Shown one piece after another: positions 20,792 through 36,443 of a DNA stretch of 64,000 nucleotides. Under the pieces are notes generated by a model. The model made no database searches, was not told where the DNA came from, and saw only the letters and a program-made list of their open reading frames with translations. Position 1 is the first letter of the stretch; every line of letters starts with the position of its first letter. The translations under genes and the position numbers were made by a program. The DNA is from an uncultured Planctomycetota bacterium (GTDB lineage: Bacteria; Planctomycetota; Planctomycetia; Pirellulales; Lacipirellulaceae), in the NCBI GenBank assembly GCA_963719315.1, contig CAVRBU010000002.1:1024001-1088000 (forward strand), in the 5' to 3' direction.

Positions 20792-20875
20792 AATGACCAA
20801 TGACCAAGCACCAATGACCTAGGCCTGCAATTGCTCCCGCCATTGGTCATTGGGATTTGGTCATTCGAATTTGGT
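20792..20875. repeat. Heptamer (AATGACC)n array plus inverted array
   Basis: AATGACC AATGACC AAGCACC AATGACC ... GGTCATT GGGATTT GGTCATT. Confidence 0.8.
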
Positions 20876-21332
20876 GGATGTCGCGGACGCGCTAGGCGAC
20901 CGATTCTATCTGCTGCTTGGCGACGCCGTGGCGACGGGTTTGCCGCTTGCCGACCTGTTTCAGGAGATCCACTGATCGAATATGAGCAAACTTCCCGCCG
21001 TGCACACGGGCGTCGGCAAAGGGGTAAGAGGTCCCAGTTACGAACGACCGCAGATTACCAGGGTACTGGCGCGGTTCGGATACCAGTGTCATGAGTGACA
21101 ATTGGTTCGCCGTGGCTTTCGATGCGCCATTCTCAAACGATCATTTGAGAACGCCACTCGCCGGTTCGCCGGAATAGCGGCACGGTAGTCCCAACTGGAT
21201 GCCGTTGCGACATACCTTCGAGAATGGTGCGTGGCGCGAACATTTGGGAATGATCTTCGTGCAGGCAAGGCCGTAGTCGACGAACGGTCGGTTGATGACC
21301 AGTGTCATGCGTTGATAAGTTGCTGGAACTTT

Positions 21333-22830
21333 TTATGTGGCCCGATGTCGTGTGAAACACCAGCCAGCTGCCGCGAATATCAGCATCGCAAGTGTTGCTG
21401 GTTCGGGAACGGTGGCATTTGCACTGACATCCGAGCCGCTTCCGGCGGTTTGACCGAAGTGGGACTGCCATAAGTCGTATCCGTCCGTGCCGCCGTAGGT
21501 TGCTGGTCCTTTGCGCCACAGGACGTAATCGGCAGTGTCTACGATGCCGTTCTGGTTGTAGTCACCGGGAATCGTGCTGGCGATTACCCGCAATTCGACC
21601 GATGTGGCATCGTAAACCAATTGCCAATCCAGGCCCATCGGCAAGTTCGGCAGAGTAGAATTATCGAACTCGAAGTTGACACTCGAAAGTGCGGAAAGAA
21701 TCTCAAATTTGTCGTTGATTGCAGGCGTAAATCCACTAGCCAATTGGACGATCAGCGTGCCAGCCAGCTCGGCCTCGCCGAAGGCTTCGATCGATGGGGT
21801 CGTGAGCGATGTGGCGCTTAATTCCACGGTGAGTGTTCCATTGGCAAGCTGAACAAAATCGTCGTTAATTTCGATGTTGACGGCCGATTTAAGTCGTAAA
21901 TCCCCTGTCGATGGACCACCGATTTGCAATGCGCGGAGGGGATTAATCGGGGAATCGACCGTGACGCTGCCGCCGCCATCGATGAACACGGATGGACCGA
22001 TCGGATCGGCAATCGGCGTCGTGACGGTAATCACGTACATGGCCCAATCCAGGCCGGCATCGTCATTAATCTGCACATTGACCGAACCGGTTTGCAGTTG
22101 ATCTCGGAAAGTGCCGAGATCGATCACTCCGACAAAGGTGCCAGTCGGAGTGATTTCTGTATCCCACCCCATGTCGCTGTAATTCAGCCTGTGGCTCGGA
22201 CTCGTGTCGAATAGCCGGACGAAGTCAGTAACGGAATCGCCGCCGGCCGCTTGTTTGAGGCCAAGAGCCAGAAAGCCGTGGACGACGCGCTCGCCGGCAG
22301 TGGTTTGACGTTGGATCGTGAAAGCCACGTTCTTGTCGCCGGTCAGATCGTCGAGTCCTGTGATCGGTAAAGCGGACGTGCCTTGAATCGCAGTTTTCCA
22401 GGCCGGATCGAGATAGGCCGCATCGACACTGCTGGCACCGTCGTATGTGAAACCGTCGATGTCGCCGACGAGATAGTCGCGCGTACTCACGCGATAGACG
22501 CCGGGCGTCACGCCCTCGTGCCATTGGAGAGCGTCTGTCCAATTGCCGTTGCCACCAACCCAATGGAGAATTTGGATGTCCGCAGAATCGTTCTTTTGAG
22601 CGTCGTAGAGGCTATACGTACCACCGACGGTAACGGGCGAGCCAGGCGAATCGACATAGCCGGCCGGTTGCGGTCCGAACTCCGTGTCATCGATGATCGC
22701 GCCGGTCGAGCCGATCAGCCAGTTTTGAGCCGTGGGCGGATTTTGCACGATAAACCCGGCCGCGGTCGAATTCCAAATCACCATGTTGGCGCCGGACCAA
22801 CCATGCGTTGTGCCCAAGCTGCCTCGCTTG
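21333..22830 (-). pseudogene. C-terminal fragment of a PEP-CTERM secreted protein (polysaccharide-active-like region, dockerin)
   Basis: HGWSGANMVIWN...QNPPTAQNWLIG, GDYNQNGIVDTADYVLWRK, VPEPATL. No native 5' part. Confidence 0.7.
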
Positions 22831-23085
22831 ACTATTCGATTGCCGCCAACAGCACGATATTTGTGGATTCCGACGTAACGGTAAATTCGCTTCAGATCGA
22901 TAGTGCTAACAGTTATGCGATCGCCGGACAAGCAGGATTCTTTCTGGCTGGCGATTCGAGTGACGCTCTGATTGAAGTGCTGCAGGGTTCGCATCAATAG
23001 CAGGTGCCAGCAACTCTCATGACTGATACGACGGTCAATGTCGCCGGCGGCGCGGCGCTGGCCTTCAACGGTCTTCTCAATTGTA
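22830..23085 (+). pseudogene. Internal fragment of another secreted beta-rich protein
   Basis: TIFVDSDVTVNSLQIDSANSYAIAG...IEVLQGSHQ*QVPATL..NVAGGAALAFNG with an internal stop. Confidence 0.5.
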
Positions 23086-23089
23086 AGAG

Positions 23090-23442
23090 CTGGCAGTATT
23101 TCCGACGGCACGTCCCACACGCTGATCATCGGCGAACGCAATATGGGAGAAACGGCTTGAATTGCAGGACTGAGCAATCGATTTGACTGGCCCTGCGATG
23201 CGGCGGGTTTTAAGAACATCCAGTTTGGACTTAACGAGTGCATAGAATTGGATCCCAGTTCCAGCAATCACTGCAGTCAATATGCTAAATCTCGCCCGTT
23301 CAGCAGCATGCACCTAGGCGTTGTGAATTTTGCCTTCGTCGATGGGTCCACCCGTCCGATTGCCGAAGACACGGATTTGGCCGTATTGCAAGCTCTTGCG
23401 ACACGGGGGTTTGGCGAAACGAACACTGATTCTGATTACTGA
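23090..23442 (+). pseudogene. DUF1559 (prepilin-type) protein C-terminal fragment
   Basis: ISDGTSHTLIIGER ... FSSMHLGVVNFAFVDGS ... ALATR.G; internal TGA at ~23158. Confidence 0.8.
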
Positions 23443-23463
23443 CCCTTTTGGAATTGAAACATA

Positions 23464-23908
23464 GTGGTTTTCTTTAGCACCCGTTTTCGAATTGGCCTGT
23501 GCCTCACGACCATATTCTGGTGCTTGGCCGCATGTTCCGGTTGCGGGTCCGGCGGGCCGCCTCGGTACGACGTCAGCGGGACGATCACCTTTGATGGCAA
23601 GCCAATTCCGATCGGATACATCAATTTTGAATGCCAATCATCAAGCGGGCAACAAAGGACCGCAGGGCAGAACGGAAATTCACAATGGCAAAATCAGCGT
23701 GACGGGCGGCATGGGCACCTTCGGCGGATCGCAATGGCTGCAAGTCAGTGGCTTCGACGGGCAGGCCCACCAGGGAGAGGAAATGATGATGCACATGGGA
23801 AAGGAGCTTTTCCCCATGGTTCAAAAACAGGTAGAGCTTCCGCTCCGCGACGTGATGCTGGATATTAAATTTCGGGCTCGAAGGGAGCTAGTGTGGAACC
23901 CAAGGTAG
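23464..23908 (+). CDS. Planctomycete lipoprotein typical of DUF1559 neighbourhoods (frameshift ~23630)
   Basis: Lipobox SGCG, VSGTITFDGKPIPIGYINF; continues in 23492-23908. Confidence 0.7.
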
Positions 23909-23966
23909 AAGTCGCGATCGCCGAGTAGCGTTTTTGCCGCCGAAACAATATGCGCGGAGGACGAGG

Positions 23967-25191
23967 ATGCCGATTTCACGAGTCTTAATGCCACTTACGT
24001 TGATTGGAGCAACAATACTTGCACCTTTGTCAGGTATTGCTCAGCGAGCTGACTTATCGTTGGTCCCGGGCACAGTCATCGCTCACTATCCCAAAAGCGG
24101 CGAGAAGTACGTTGGTTCGCCGGGAATTGCGAGCGTGGGGAATGGCGTCTACTTGGCCAAGCACGACGAATTTGGCCCCGCTTCTTCCGAGTGGAGTTCG
24201 GCGATCACGCAACTTTACCGCTCGGAAGATGCTGGGAAGAGTTGGAAGCGCACGCACACGTTCGACGGGATGTATTGGGCTTCGATTTTTACGCTCGGCG
24301 ACTCCGTCTATTTGATGGGAACCGATAAGCATCACGGCAACGCGGTGATCGTTCGTTCCAGCGATGGTGGTTGGACGTGGACCAAACCGACTGATGCCGA
24401 CAACGGTTTGTTGCTCACGGGGGAGTATCACACTTCGACCGTGCCGATCGTGGTTCACAACGGCCGTGTCTGGCGGGCGATGGAAGACGCCGGCGGAGGC
24501 GACGTTCTGGGGGCAGCGTTACCGCGCGATGATGATGAGCGCGCCGGTCGATGCCGATCTCTTGAAGGCAGCGAACTGGACGTGCAGCAACTATATTAAC
24601 CGCAACCCCGAGTGGCTGGGCGGCAAGTTCAATGCCTGGCTCGAAGGCAACGCGGTCGTTACGCCGGAAAACAAAATCGTCAACATCCTGCGTGTCGATT
24701 ACCCCCAAGGGGGTATCGCGGCCATGGTGCGGGTCAGCGACGACGGACGAGAATCCACGTTCGATCCCGAGCACGACTTCATCGAGTTTCCTGGCGGCGC
24801 CACAAAGTTCACCATCCGGCACGATCCGCAGTCGAATAAATACTGGACATTGAGCAATTACACGCCGGAGTTTCAGCGCGATACGCCGGCCGCCTCAACG
24901 CGCAACACGCTGGCTCTGGCCAGTTCTCCCGATCTGTGTAACTGGACCGTGCGAAGCGTCGTACTTTATAATCCAGATGTGGAGAAGCACGCCTTTCAAT
25001 ATGTCGATTGGCTGTTCGAAGGGGACGACTTGATCGTCGCCTCGCGAACGGCTTACGACGATGGCTTGGGTGGCGCCCATCGTGGCCACGACGCCAATTT
25101 CTTGACATTTCACCGGGTGAAGGATTTTCGCAATTTGGAAATGGCCGACTCGCCGCCCGCATACTTAAAGCGACTTCGTGCGGCGAATTGA
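23967..25191 (+). CDS. BNR/sialidase-family secreted glycosidase (frameshift ~24505)
   Basis: Signal peptide, YVGSPGI, Asp-boxes RSEDAGKSW and RSSDGGWTW, WLEGNAV, FQYVDW, HDANFLTFHR. Confidence 0.8.
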
Positions 25192-25202
25192 ATAGTCACC
25201 GC

Positions 25203-26642
25203 ATGGGAGAGGGCGCGTTGGTGCACGGCTGGCCGATCGGGGTTGTTGCAAGTATGCTCGCGACTGCGAGCGCAATCGCTCAGGTTCCGTCCGTACCTTT
25301 AGCGACTACCGTCGACGTGCCATCCAATCCTATCGCTCGCGAAGTGCAACTTACTCGCCAACCGCGCGGCCATATTCTCACCAACATCAACGTTTGGTCG
25401 CCCGACGGCCAGTGGATTGTGTACGACACCCGCTCCGATCCGGCCGGATCGGTGTTCGACGGCCACACGATTGAGATGGTAAATGTCGAGACGGGTGAAG
25501 TGCGTACGCTTTACGAGTCGCGGCATGGCGCGGGCTGCGGCGTGGCGACGTTTCATCCGCGGTTAGGGCAAGTCATCTTCATCCACGGCCCCGAAAACCC
25601 GACGGCCGACTGGCAATACGGTCCCTACCACCGCCGCGGGGCGATAGTCGATTTGCAACGACCGGGTGTGGCCCGGACGCTCGATGCCCGCGACCTGGTG
25701 CCGCCTTTCACCCCCGGAGCGCTGCGTGGGGGGACCCACGTGCATGTTTTTAGCCCCGACGGCGAGTGGGTGAGTTTTACCTATGAAGATCACGTGTTGG
25801 CCATGCTGGACGAATCGGACAGCACCAACCACGAGCCAAACCAGCGGAATATCGGCGTTAGTGTCCCCATCCGCGGCGTAAAAGTTCCCGCCACTCATCC
25901 CCGCAATCACGATGGCGAATACTTCACGGTCCTCGCGACCACCACCGTCCGCGACCCGCAGCCCGGCTCGGACGAAATCTCCCGGGCCTGTGAGGAGGGC
26001 TGGGTGGGAATTCGCGGCTATCGGCGGGGCGACGGCACTTGGCAGCGACGGGCGCTGGCGTTTCAAGGTGAAGTGACAACCGCTGCTGGCGAGAAGATCA
26101 GCGAAGTTTTTGTTGTTGATTTGCCAGAGGATGTAACGGCGCCGGGCGATGGACCGTTGGAGGGGACGGCTACGACGCGGCCCCGACCTCCCCGCGGCAC
26201 ACAGCAGCGGCGAATCACTTACACAGCCGGTCGCAAGCACCCCGGCATTCAGGGGCCGCGGCATTGGCTCCGCTCGTCGCCCGACGGCACGCGGATCGCC
26301 TTTCTCATGCGCGACGATGCGGGAGTGGTTCAGCTTTGGACCGTTGCGCCGCTGGGCGGCGAGCCACAACAAGTCACCCGCGATCCATGGGACGTAGCTT
26401 CGACGTTTACCTGGAATCCGGACGGAAGTTCGATTTCCAACGTTGCCGATGGCAGCGTGTTCATAACGGACGTTGCTTCAGGCCGCAGCCGCAGGCTCAC
26501 TGAAAAACGTAGCAATGAGCTTGCGCCACGCCCGGAGGCGTGCGTCTTCTCGCCCGACGGCAAGCGGATCGCTTACGTGCGGCCCGTTCCATCGGACGAA
26601 GGAACCTTTAACCAAGTGTTTGTGGTGCACGTCAAAAAATAA
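25203..26642 (+). CDS. YidR/DUF3748 beta-propeller protein
   Basis: QLT..PRGHILTNINVWSPD, GALRGGTHVHVFSPDG, QGPRHWLRSSPDG. Confidence 0.85.
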   Translation: MGEGALVHGWPIGVVASMLATASAIAQVPSVPLATTVDVPSNPIAREVQLTRQPRGHILTNINVWSPDGQWIVYDTRSDPAGSVFDGHTIEMVNVETGEVRTLYESRHGAGCGVATFHPRLGQVIFIHGPENPTADWQYGPYHRRGAIVDLQRPGVARTLDARDLVPPFTPGALRGGTHVHVFSPDGEWVSFTYEDHVLAMLDESDSTNHEPNQRNIGVSVPIRGVKVPATHPRNHDGEYFTVLATTTVRDPQPGSDEISRACEEGWVGIRGYRRGDGTWQRRALAFQGEVTTAAGEKISEVFVVDLPEDVTAPGDGPLEGTATTRPRPPRGTQQRRITYTAGRKHPGIQGPRHWLRSSPDGTRIAFLMRDDAGVVQLWTVAPLGGEPQQVTRDPWDVASTFTWNPDGSSISNVADGSVFITDVASGRSRRLTEKRSNELAPRPEACVFSPDGKRIAYVRPVPSDEGTFNQVFVVHVKK

Positions 26643-26657
26643 CTCCGCAGCGCCCTC

Positions 26658-28514
26658 ATGGAAAGTCACTTCCAAGCGATCGACTGGGTGGTGCTCGTTG
26701 GCTACTTTGCCGCGACGATGGCGATCGGGGCGTATTTCTATCGCCGCACCCGTTCGACGGAGCAGTTCACCGCGGCCGGCCGCTCGCTGCCGGGCTGGGT
26801 TTGCGGGCTGTCGATCTTCGCCACCTTTTTGAGCAGCATCAGTTATTTAGCTTTGCCGGGAAAAACATTCGCCGCCAACTGGAATCCGTTTGCGTTTAGT
26901 CTCGCGCTGCCGATTGCCACTTGGATCGGCGTCACTTGGTTCGTGGGTTACTACCGTAGAAGCGGCGAAATCTCTGCTTACGCGCTGCTCGAACGGCGGT
27001 TTGGCACCTGGGCTAGAGTCTATGCCAGCATGTTCTATCTGCTGACCCAGATCGCCCGGATCGGCGTGGTCACGTATCTGATGGCCCTGCCGATGGCGGT
27101 CATCTTCGGTTGGGATATTCGTCTGGTAATCGTGCTGACCGGCATCTGTGTCACATTCTACTCGTTCATCGGCGGAGTCGTGGCGGTGATTTGGACCGAC
27201 GCCTTTCAAGCCATCGTTCTGATGATCGGCGCGGTGGTTTGCCTCGGTGTATTGCTGTTTGGCGTCGATGGCGGTCCGACCGAGGTATTCCGCACGGCGT
27301 GGGATCGCGGCAAGTTCAGCATGGGGCCGTTCGATGGCTCGCTTTCGGAGATGACTTTTTGGGTCGTACTCGTGAGCGGGCTGTTCATGAATTTGCAAAA
27401 CTTTGGCATCGATCAGAGTTATATCCAGCGCTACATCGCGAGTAGCTCGGACGAAGAAGCCCGCCGCGGGTTGTGGCTTGGGGGGCTGTTGTACGTGCCG
27501 GTAAGTGCCCTGTTCTTCCTGATTGGCACCGCGCTGTTCGTCTTCTACCAAGCGGACGACGGCGAACTCGCGGAAGTCAAGCAGCTTGTCGCCCGCCAAC
27601 GAATCATGCAGTCCGGCGGGTCGGAACAGCTATCGCATCCAGATTATCAGCAGCAATTGCAAGCCTCCACTGGGAAGATCACCAGGTCGGAGGTCGGCGA
27701 CCGAGTGTTTCCGCACTTCATCGCCAAGCACTTGCCGCCCGGACTGACGGGATTGTTGATCGCCGCGATCTTCGCAGCGGCCATGAGCACCGTCTCGACG
27801 TCGCTCAATTCTTCCGCCACGTTGTTGTTGGGCGATTACTATCGCCGCTTCCTTCGGCCGACGGCGGGTGAAACCGAATCGATGCGAGTGCTCTATGCCG
27901 CGACCTTTCTCTGGGGCATTCTTGGCACGGGCATGGCGCTGGCGCTCGTATCGCGCACCGAAAGTGCGCTTGACACGTGGTGGATGCTCGCCAGCTTGTT
28001 CAGCGGCGGCATGGTTGGCCTCTTCCTACTAGGGATGGTCTCCAAGCGAGCCGGCAATGCGGCAGCGCTAGTGGCTGTGGGGATCGGCACGCTTGTTCTC
28101 GCCTGGATGGCTTTTTCGCCAAGCTATTGGGGCCGAGTTGATCCTCAAACCCAGCTTGCACCAGAATCTCAAATTGAACTGCAAACCCAAATCGATCTGG
28201 CACACGTAGTCGCTCCCGGCGACACCGTTTACCTGCATTATCCCTGGATCGACACCTCGCAGGATGCCCGCAAGTCGGCCATCGATGAGCGTGAAGTGAA
28301 GAGTGTCTCCGAGTTCGATTTCACCATTGCCACTCCACTCTTGCACTCGCCGATTGGCTCGATCGCACTTTATCGCAACAACATTTGGTACCGTTGGCGA
28401 AGCCCGTTTAACAACTTGCTGGCGATTGTGTTTGGTTCGCTGACGATTCTGCTTGTCGGCATCGCCCTGCAATGGGTGATCGACCTGCGCGGCCTTCGCG
28501 AACCCAATAAGTAA
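26658..28514 (+). CDS. Sodium:solute symporter
   Basis: AGRSLPGWVCGLSIFATFLSSIS, VIWTD, DQSYIQRY, AAAMSTVSTSLNS; many TM segments. Confidence 0.92.
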   Translation: MESHFQAIDWVVLVGYFAATMAIGAYFYRRTRSTEQFTAAGRSLPGWVCGLSIFATFLSSISYLALPGKTFAANWNPFAFSLALPIATWIGVTWFVGYYRRSGEISAYALLERRFGTWARVYASMFYLLTQIARIGVVTYLMALPMAVIFGWDIRLVIVLTGICVTFYSFIGGVVAVIWTDAFQAIVLMIGAVVCLGVLLFGVDGGPTEVFRTAWDRGKFSMGPFDGSLSEMTFWVVLVSGLFMNLQNFGIDQSYIQRYIASSSDEEARRGLWLGGLLYVPVSALFFLIGTALFVFYQADDGELAEVKQLVARQRIMQSGGSEQLSHPDYQQQLQASTGKITRSEVGDRVFPHFIAKHLPPGLTGLLIAAIFAAAMSTVSTSLNSSATLLLGDYYRRFLRPTAGETESMRVLYAATFLWGILGTGMALALVSRTESALDTWWMLASLFSGGMVGLFLLGMVSKRAGNAAALVAVGIGTLVLAWMAFSPSYWGRVDPQTQLAPESQIELQTQIDLAHVVAPGDTVYLHYPWIDTSQDARKSAIDEREVKSVSEFDFTIATPLLHSPIGSIALYRNNIWYRWRSPFNNLLAIVFGSLTILLVGIALQWVIDLRGLREPNK

Positions 28515-28643
28515 CGGCACTGCCGTAGAAACGATGCCTGCTCGTTCCAAGTTCTCCCTACGTCTCAACAGGCGTACCAAGAGTAGCAGCAACTAGCCGA
28601 CTATTGTGGAACACTAGCTAACTCGTCCGGTTAGGAGAAAGAA

Positions 28644-29542
28644 ATGCAACTTAAACTAGGTTCGCACATAGTCGAGCCCGAGAGCCGATATTTGACCCTT
28701 GAATTTCGCGATAGCAGCGATGCAATCAATGAACCCACTGTTCTGCGCGACCGCATTGGCGAGGATGGCTACTTATTTATCCGCGGCTTCCACGATTCGC
28801 AGCAGGTTCTTGCGGCGCGAAAAGACATCTTGCAGATTCTCGCCGATCAGGGGAAGCTCGACTCGCGTTTCCCTCTGATGGATGGCGTGGTGAACTCCAA
28901 TTCGACGCCTGACTCGACATCCGTTCGCGGCCATGAGGCGTTGAAAACCCAATCCCTCAAAACCGTTGTCTACGCGCAAAGGACCATGGGATTCTTCGAG
29001 CGGTTCTTCGGCGAGCCAGCGTCCTCGTTCAATGTTCAGTGGCTTCGTACCGCCGGCCCTGGATCGGCATCACCGATTCATTGCGACATGGTCTACATGG
29101 GCCGCGGCACGAAGGAGATGTATACGCTCTGGACGCCGTTTGGTCACGTGACTCCCGACATGGCTCTCTGGCCATCTGTCTTGGTTCGCATCGCTGGTCG
29201 GAGGTCATCGACACCTACGGCCAGGACGACGTCGATCGCAACGTCACCCCCGGCATCTTCACACACGATCCAGCGGAACTCGTGGATCGCTTCGGCGGCC
29301 GCTGGGCCACGACTACCTTCGAACCGGGCGATGCCATCATCTTGAGCATGTACTTGTTGCACGGATCGCTGGCAAACTTGACCAATCGGTATCGCATTAG
29401 CTGTGACACGCGCTACCAGAGAGCCAGCCATCCCAAGGATGAACGCTGGGACGGCCTCCAGCCTGTCGGCCATCCCGTGATGTGGTCGCCCGGCGTGCGG
29501 TTGGAGCCGGTGGAGAAATCTCGACAGCGATGGGGAATCTAA
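28644..29542 (+). CDS. Phytanoyl-CoA dioxygenase (PhyH) family 2OG-Fe(II) enzyme (frameshift ~29165)
   Basis: DGYLFIRG, HCD..YMGRG, TLWTPFG, FEPGDA...LHGS, RIS.DTRYQ. Confidence 0.85.
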
Positions 29543-29595
29543 GAAACGCAACGAAACTCATTCTTGAGCACGATTTCCCTTGCGTCGATAGCTAG

Positions 29596-31076
29596 AACTG
29601 GACTTTTGCAAAACGTTAGATCAACCCCAATTGGGCGATGACGTGTTGAGGTTTTCGCGAATCCATGGCGACTTGATGGATGGCCCATTGAAGGGTGGTC
29701 CGCAGCGTCTCGGCAGCCACGGCGCGACAGGCTTGGCCGATGGTCGTCAGCCGTTCGAGCGCCCAGTCCTTCGCACGGTTCTGCTTCAATTGGAGCACCA
29801 AGAGGCTGTACGCGAGCATGACCAGGTGCATGTGCCTTGTCTGGCCCAGGCCACTGCGCAGCTGACAATCTCCCATGCCCAAGTGTTGCTTGCCGTCCCA
29901 ATGGTAGGTCTCGGTCCCTGTCCAACGGCACCGATAGCCACGCACGATGCGCGTCACTTCCCAACGTGTCCGATTCGTCACGAGTATTTTGCAGGGAGCG
30001 TCGTCGCGGCGGCGTTTCCAGATGATCACGATGCGGACCGGATGGTTGACTTGCGGCAATCGCACGGTGCAGGTGAGATACCATTGCCGTGCGTCGCCAC
30101 GACGCAACTCCTTGCGGTCTGGCGGCGGGATGTTGGCGGCGAACTCGTCCGTGCGCACCTCCCGGCCGCGGAACCAGAGCTTGCGGTTACTCTTCAAATC
30201 TCCGATATAAGCGCGGGGCTGACCGAAGCGGTCGCGCTTCGAGTGCACGTAGTTCAGGTTGGCGGCACTGGAAAAATAGCTGTCCCAGGTGAAGTCGCCG
30301 GGAATCTCTCGCTCACACACCCAATCCACCAACTGGCGAAACAGTACGCCGTGATCCTCGAACACCTCGCCGGTGGCTTGACACTGCTGGCGTTTCTTGA
30401 ACCGCCGAAATTCGAGTGGGGGGCACCCGGCAACCTGCTCAGCCGGGTGCCGGGTCGGCTTGCCGCTGCTGGTCACGTAATTGGCGAACAAATAGTCGTG
30501 GGCTATCTTATGCCGCTCCTCGGCATGGTCCCAAAACCAGCCGACGTCTTGGATCAGCTGGCCCTCGTGGTCGATGAGCACATCGTCCACGGCAATCACT
30601 CCCTGGTCGTGATAGCGCGTCGTCGGGTCTTTCTGCAGCAGTTCCAAGCGTCGTTCGTTGAGCTGCTCGGCGCCCCATTCGACCTCCGTGAGAAAGCGGT
30701 TCAGGCACGATTGGTCGGTCGTTTCGGCGAACTCGCCGCTGATCCCGCTGACCGTCTTGTTCGACGCGACCACGAGTCCCGTCAAGTATTCGGCCAAGTG
30801 GCGCCGCTGGGGCTCACCGTGAAACAGGTCCGCGAATTCGGGCAGGGCGTTCTTGATCACTGCGGGAATATCAACGATCGCGGGCATGGTCAGGGTCTCC
30901 AGGTCGTGCGTGCGCCAGGCCGTATTGACCACCATTTCACCGCAAAAATCCATAAGCCAGCAATGCATCTACCAACCCGTCGTACAGCCCCTCGATACCC
31001 AATACAACCTGTGGCACTGGACGCCTAACTCCACCCCAAATTCGACCTTGAAACTCCAAATTGCAAAAGCTCAGTT
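29596..31076 (-). mobile_element. IS701-family insertion sequence
   Basis: Imperfect TIRs AACTGGACTTTTGCAA (29596) and TTGCAAAAGCTCAGTT (31061) flank a DDE transposase. No target duplication seen. Confidence 0.8.
29616..30887 (-). CDS. IS701-family DDE transposase
   Basis: YLTGL...KTVSGI, QSCLNRFLT, IAVDD, WDSYF, YRCRW..ETYH.DGKQHLG.GDCQLR. Confidence 0.85.
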   Translation of the reverse strand: MPAIVDIPAVIKNALPEFADLFHGEPQRRHLAEYLTGLVVASNKTVSGISGEFAETTDQSCLNRFLTEVEWGAEQLNERRLELLQKDPTTRYHDQGVIAVDDVLIDHEGQLIQDVGWFWDHAEERHKIAHDYLFANYVTSSGKPTRHPAEQVAGCPPLEFRRFKKRQQCQATGEVFEDHGVLFRQLVDWVCEREIPGDFTWDSYFSSAANLNYVHSKRDRFGQPRAYIGDLKSNRKLWFRGREVRTDEFAANIPPPDRKELRRGDARQWYLTCTVRLPQVNHPVRIVIIWKRRRDDAPCKILVTNRTRWEVTRIVRGYRCRWTGTETYHWDGKQHLGMGDCQLRSGLGQTRHMHLVMLAYSLLVLQLKQNRAKDWALERLTTIGQACRAVAAETLRTTLQWAIHQVAMDSRKPQHVIAQLGLI

Positions 31077-31518
31077 TGATATGGAAACGATCGGCACCGA
31101 TGAAATGCGGCACCGCGTCGGCAGCAAGATTCGCGTCACCAATCGGCACAGCTACACGACTTACAAGCTGAATTCCGCCCATCCGCTTTGGAAGGGCGAG
31201 GACTTCGTCAAGGCAATGGGAATCATCAAATCGGCTACCTGGCGTGGCGTGGACCAGAGAGGCCGCAATCAACAGCCAGAAGCGGTTCTTCAGAATGGCA
31301 AACAATTGTGGGCGGGGACGCTAGCGACCCTACCAAACGTTGATGAAGAGGGACGGGCCTGTCCCCATCGAACCGGGACGGCAGCGTCCCTTTCGAATGG
31401 GGACGGCACGGACTCAGGAACATTTTCATTACAAAACAATGCTCCGAATACTCGCCTTGTTTGCAATGACCAGCCAGTTCCCACCCCCCACCCTAAGAAT
31501 TCACTGGCCATTCGCCTT

Positions 31519-34242
<2,724 letters not shown>

Positions 34243-34246
34243 GGAG

Positions 34247-34328
34247 TAGCTATTAGCCGTTAGCTATTAGCTGTTAGTCAATCCCTTCACTACCAGCTTC
34301 TGGCTAATAGCTAAGAGCTAACAGCTAA
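34247..34328. repeat. Heptamer (TAGCTRT)n array plus inverted array between dnaK and clpB
   Basis: TAGCTAT TAGCCGT TAGCTAT TAGCTGT ... GCTAATA GCTAAGA GCTAACA. Confidence 0.8.
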
Positions 34329-34337
34329 ACGCTCATC

Positions 34338-36263
<1,926 letters not shown>

Positions 36264-36427
36264 GATATACGCTCCTTTGAAACCTCCGTTGAAAGCGGAT
36301 TCGCTGTTTATACAGTGATGTCTAGTGTTGCATGTTTCGGACGCTCGAAAACCAGCGGATTCAGTGAAAACCAAGGAGCGCGCAGCGTCGAGCGCGCGGC
36401 AGAATCTGAGTCCGGACCCCTAATCTA

Positions 36428-36443
36428 AGCAAAGGCCGTGCCC
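36428..36443 (-). promoter_or_regulatory. Putative sigma54 -24/-12 promoter of dnaK-clpB
   Basis: GGGCACGGCCTTTGCT versus consensus TGGCACGNNNNTTGCW. Confidence 0.6.

Noticed and set aside
20880..21330. Small ORFs or ncRNA between the DUF6800-like gene and the PEP-CTERM fragment
   Set aside because: No recognisable motif, RBS or convincing structure.
29631..31028. 465-aa plus-strand ORF
   Set aside because: Antisense shadow of the IS701 transposase.
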